In this document: positions 62,750-64,000 of the stretch, one piece after another
Layout: every line of letters begins with the position of its first letter
How positions within the stretch are numbered: position 1 is the stretch's first letter
Assembly (NCBI GenBank): GCA_028534125.1
Contig: CM052818.1
Location: 41,914,001 to 41,978,000 of the forward strand
Length of the DNA stretch: 64,000 bases
From: Lama glama
Lineage: Eukaryota
Direction of reading: 5' to 3'
The notes under the pieces: model-generated
Told to the model about the DNA's origin: nothing
Database searches by the model: none
What the model saw: only the letters and a program-made list of their open reading frames with translations
Position numbers and translations under genes: made by a program

Positions 62750-62930
62750 TGGGAATCAGGACTCAGGACCCCAGGACCTGTCCCAGCCCTGCCCCTGCCC
62801 CTCAGCATGACCTTGGACAAGCCACCTGACTTCCGTGAGCCTCAGTTTCTTCCCCAAATAGAAGATTATCATCTCTATTCCAGCTTCCTGTCAGGGACAC
62901 TGAAGATGAAAATGAGACAATTGAGATGAA
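62750..62930 (+). mobile_element. MIR SINE
   Basis: atgaccttggacaagccacctgacttccgtgagcctcagtttcttc. Confidence 0.78.
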
Positions 62931-64000
62931 ACATCAAAACCTACAAAGGATTATGCAAATTGGGTTTGTTGCTAAGGGAAATATTACTGTTAATATATAA
63001 AAACTGTGGTGTGAAATATGCACCGTTCTTCCCAGTTAGAAAAAGGTTGTCAACAACAATTGAGGGCGACACATATTTACTCAGTGTCCTGTGAGTTTCA
63101 GGGAGCCACCAGCTGTAGACTAAGAGTCAGTCATGCATCTATTCATTCCATGACCGGGGACTTATTTCAAGCCAGACCCCGGGCTTGGGGAGGTGCCGAG
63201 ATGAAGCAGACACAGAGCCTGCTCAGGTCAGCCAAGGAAGCCAGCCTTCACACACTTACCCAGTGAAGCAGAATTAAGATGAAGACAGAGCAGAGGGAAG
63301 GAAGAATTGCCATGGGAGCCCAGAGGAGTGAGGGGGTTGAGGTGATTATGCTGTCTGGGTGGCTGTGGAATTTGGACTAGTCAAGTTTGGGCTTTTCTCC
63401 TGTGAGCCCTTGCCCTCAACCTTCACCCTCTACCGGTGTATCCTGCAACACCTTCCCTTGGAGATTTCAGGGAGGCCTCTGGTCTGTAGGACTTAGCATG
63501 ACTCGCGCCCTTTGGATGTTCATAGGGCTTGGCTTGCTGGTCTACCTCAGGCTGCCCTGAGCATGGACCTTGGGAACTCCTTGGAGAAAACGCTCCCGAG
63601 GGAGCCTCTCAGGTCACTGTCTCTGGCGTGTCCCATCTGTTCACTCATTCATCTATCCATCCAACCATCCGTGTCTTCACTCACCAGCCCCCACCGACCC
63701 ACGGACATTCAACCAGTGGGCATCCATCAGTGAACACGCCTCAGCAGAGCCTACCACGCCTGCCTCACGTTCATCCATTCAGCAAACGTTTACTGGGAGC
63801 CCGGACTGACCAGGCAACTCCACGTCACAGGGCCCTTTTGACAGACTTCCTCAAAAGCCTGCATAAATTCAACCCAACATTACAAAGAGGTCCTTTCCTC
63901 TTCGTGGGTCACTAATCAGAGAAAACATAATTCATACTCCTGGCAAATATCATCACTCAATCAATGGATACACAATAGTCCATACTGCCTCACCTTTGCG

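Noticed and set aside
1346..63915. The many 60-185 aa ORFs in the supplied track as protein-coding genes
   Set aside because: Many start at non-ATG codons, overlap on both strands, have low-complexity Pro/Gly/Ser/Arg composition or lie inside repeats. None resembles a protein family I recognise apart from L1 ORF2 relics.

Overview
Mammalian nuclear DNA, almost certainly camelid (camel/llama/alpaca). The evidence is a tRNA-Ala-derived SINE of the vic-1 type at 4366 and several young, near-identical LINE-1 3' ends of cetartiodactyl type. I recognise no protein-coding gene. The ORF track is explained by chance frames in GC-rich DNA and by decayed LINE-1 ORF2. The window looks like a large intron or intergenic region packed with fossil mobile elements: L1, L2, MIR, MaLR (MLT1), ERVL-class LTRs (MLT2, LTR16, LTR33) and hAT MITEs, with a ~9 kb minus-strand L1 pile-up at 15-24 kb. 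Short AT-rich, motif-dense unique islands are interspersed and resemble conserved enhancers. Best-supported observations: (1) an intact 512-bp ERV1-type solo LTR with a 4-bp TSD, a phased CCAAT array, SOX and octamer motifs and a TATA box; (2) a nested ERVL provirus remnant > L1 > L1; (3) a probable 5'-truncated mRNA retrocopy at 15672-16009; (4) an ancient L1 3' end that looks strongly AT->GC shifted and now carries long ORFs on both strands; (5) a CpG-rich E-box cluster followed by a splice donor; (6) a few well-formed orphan exon candidates. Repeat family names come from remembered consensus sequences, not from a database search, and boundaries of old repeats are approximate. I found no convincing evidence of a novel multi-gene system.
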